This document shows, in pieces, positions 61,750-64,000 of a DNA stretch of 64,000 nt. The position numbers and the translations under genes are program-made. This DNA is from Raja brachyura. Taxonomy: Eukaryota. The stretch is from positions 15,810,001 to 15,874,000 of the forward strand of contig OY740810.1 in NCBI GenBank assembly GCA_963514005.1, given 5' to 3'. Each line of letters starts with the position of its first letter. The first letter of the stretch is position 1. The notes beneath the pieces are model-generated. The model was given only the letters and a program-made list of their open reading frames with translations. It was not told the origin of the DNA and did no database searches.

Positions 61750-64000
61750 AAATTAGTCCCATCTGCTTGCATTTGGCCCATATCCCTCTAAACCTTTCCT
61801 ATCCATGTACCTGCCCAACTGTGGTATAAGTGTTATATACTTGCCTCAACTCTCTCCTCGGGCAGCTCGGTCCATATACCCATCACCCTTTGTATGAAAA
61901 TATTGCCCCTCAAATTCCTTCTAAATCTTTCCCCTCTCACCTTAAACCTATATTCTCTTGTTCTTGATACCCCTAAAAGAATTTGTGCATTAACCCTATC
62001 TATTCCCCAGTTACTGAAACGTATTGTGGCATACAACAACAGGATTTTAATGCATGCTCGTAAATCTTCTCTAATTGAGCGTCTGTCTAAATTAAAAGTG
62101 GAGATGTTGCCGTCTGCACGACTGGGATTCATTCTCGGTGACATGGACACAAATGGCTCCTGTGGGCAGTCTACACCGAGGCTCTTTATATGAACTGAAC
62201 AGAGAACAGCAAAAGCAAAACGTGTTGAAGATAACAATTTGAATTCTTAAATATTTTTTTACACCTCAGGTGTCAGATAATCAACACTTTTTTTTAATTT
62301 GATGTGAGTGATGGAAGTGGGAATGGTTCCTACGTCAGTGTCAGCCTCAAACCACATGGGGAGTCAGTACAATTAACCCAGAGTAGCCTGACCGCGGCAA
62401 GCCAAATGCTGGCCCTGCACAAGGGAGACAAGAGAAGTGGCAGTCGCAAGGTTAACTGGGGGGAAGTTAATGTCGCTCCACCAAAGTATTTGGAGTATTG
62501 TCTGCTGTTCTAGTCACCTCATTACAGGAAAGATGTCGAGGCTTTGGAGAGGCTGCAGAGGAGGTTTACCAGACTTTTGCCTGGATTAGAGGGTTTCAGC
62601 AAGAGGGATAAAAATGGATGACTGGAACGTCGTAGATTGAGGCGGAGACTTGAAAAAGTATAAAATTATGAGAGGCATAGATAGAGAAGATGGTCAGAAC
62701 CATTCTTCCAGGATGGAAATGCTCAACACTTGAGGGCATAGCTATAAGGTGAGAGGGGAAATGTTTAATGTGCCGGGCAAATTTTTGTACACAGAAAGGG
62801 GTGGGTGCCGAGGATATATTTCCTGTGGTGGTGGTGGAAGCAAATACAATGGTGGCGTTTAAGGTACTTTTGGATAGGCACATGGAAGTGCAGGGAACGG
62901 AGGGATATGTTCATGTACAGGCAGATGAGATCAGTTTAAATTGTATCATGTTAGCCACAAACATAGTTGGTCGAAGGGTCCATTCCTGTGCAAGATGATC
63001 TGGTGTGTTCATAACATCACTGTTCCCCGATGTGGCTTCCTGCTGCACAGTTTGTTGGAGTGAGTTGTGCCAGCTTCAACACTGCGATCGTATAATGGCT
63101 CAGGAATAAGCTCCAGAAAAATCTAGGAATGGTAAAGCCATATCCGTGATGAAGATGTGTTGAGGTTGTCACCCATAACGCCCTTTAGAGAACGGAAAAT
63201 GTTAGAGAAAAGGATGACAGAAAGCAAAGAAACATTAGATGCAGGTGGAGACCATTCAGAGAGCCTTAGAGCATGGAATCAGTTCCTTTAGCCCAACTTG
63301 TTCTTGCCAAGCAAAGTGCCCCATCTCAGCTAGTCCCATCTCATCCCATTTGGCCCATATCCCTCTAAACCTTTCCCAGCCATGCAACTGCCCCAAAAAT
63401 GTCTTTAAAATGTTGTTATTGTGACAGAACCTCTGTGTCTGTGTCAGTCAAAAAATAGTTCTGTCGCACAGTCCTGCCCTTGAGCTCTGGGTCTACAGCC
63501 ATGGTATGTCTTCAAGCGGACGTGCAAATGTGATGCAGGTTCTGCCTTCACCACCCTCTCAGGTGAAGAGTTCAAATGCCGCTGGATGAGAAAAACCTTC
63601 CCTCGAAACTTCCACCATTTACTTCAGGTTTATGGTCCTGATTTTTAACTCTTGAGTTTGGGTCTTTTCATGTTGATTCATGACGATCCAAGTGCTTAGC
63701 TCCCAATTGCTCTAGCAATGTCAAACTGGCCTCTTGGTCTAGTTTTAAATGACTACATGGAACAGCCTGGCTGATTGCAGCACCACAGGAACACCCCATC
63801 TCCTCCTCCCAGGATCACACAATTAACGGCTCTTGCTGTCGACACAGGGAACATGGAGGTGATAACTTACCAACAGCTTTGCAGTAACTAGAGGAGACCA
63901 GGGAGCAGGGTTTGAAGGTGACAGGGACAATATTTAAAGTAGATGTGTGGGGCAAGATTTTTTTTACACTGAGAATAGTGGGTGCCAGGAATGCATTGGC
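61750..64000. mobile_element. Cluster of CR1/HER1-like 3' fragments in both orientations (about 61750-62005 -, 62480-62990 +, 63270-63420 -, 63880-64000 +)
   Basis: AGTCCCATCTGCTTGCATTTGGCCCATATCCCTCTAAACC; GGAAAGATGTCGAGGCTTTGGAGAGG; minus-strand ORF YRFKVRGERFRRNLRGNIF. Confidence 0.65.

Overview
Eukaryotic, essentially non-coding vertebrate DNA. The repeat set (HE1/V-SINEs, Deu-domain SINEs, CR1/HER1-like and Rex1/Babar LINEs, Penelope-derived elements) points to a cartilaginous fish, probably a skate or ray; this is inferred, not database-checked. The only confidently recognisable host gene is a minus-strand miR-9 hairpin (16624-16683) inside a CpG island; its 3p arm ends in a variant ...GAAUGU. 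Upstream of it (about 29-59 kb) is a roughly 30 kb CpG-retaining, relatively repeat-poor domain with enhancer-like motif clusters, resembling a miR-9 regulatory methylation valley. The flanks are CpG-depleted and full of transposon debris. Notable mobile DNA: about 15 or more Penelope-derived, often fold-back elements, several carrying a hammerhead-ribozyme core (CUGAAGA...GAAAC-GUC); two PIF/Harbinger MITEs with TTA target duplications; a young Rex1/Babar RT fragment nested in an older copy; and a perfect 96-bp inverted templated insertion. No host protein-coding exon could be supported. There are four N gaps. Family names come from recall of consensus motifs, and repeat boundaries are approximate.
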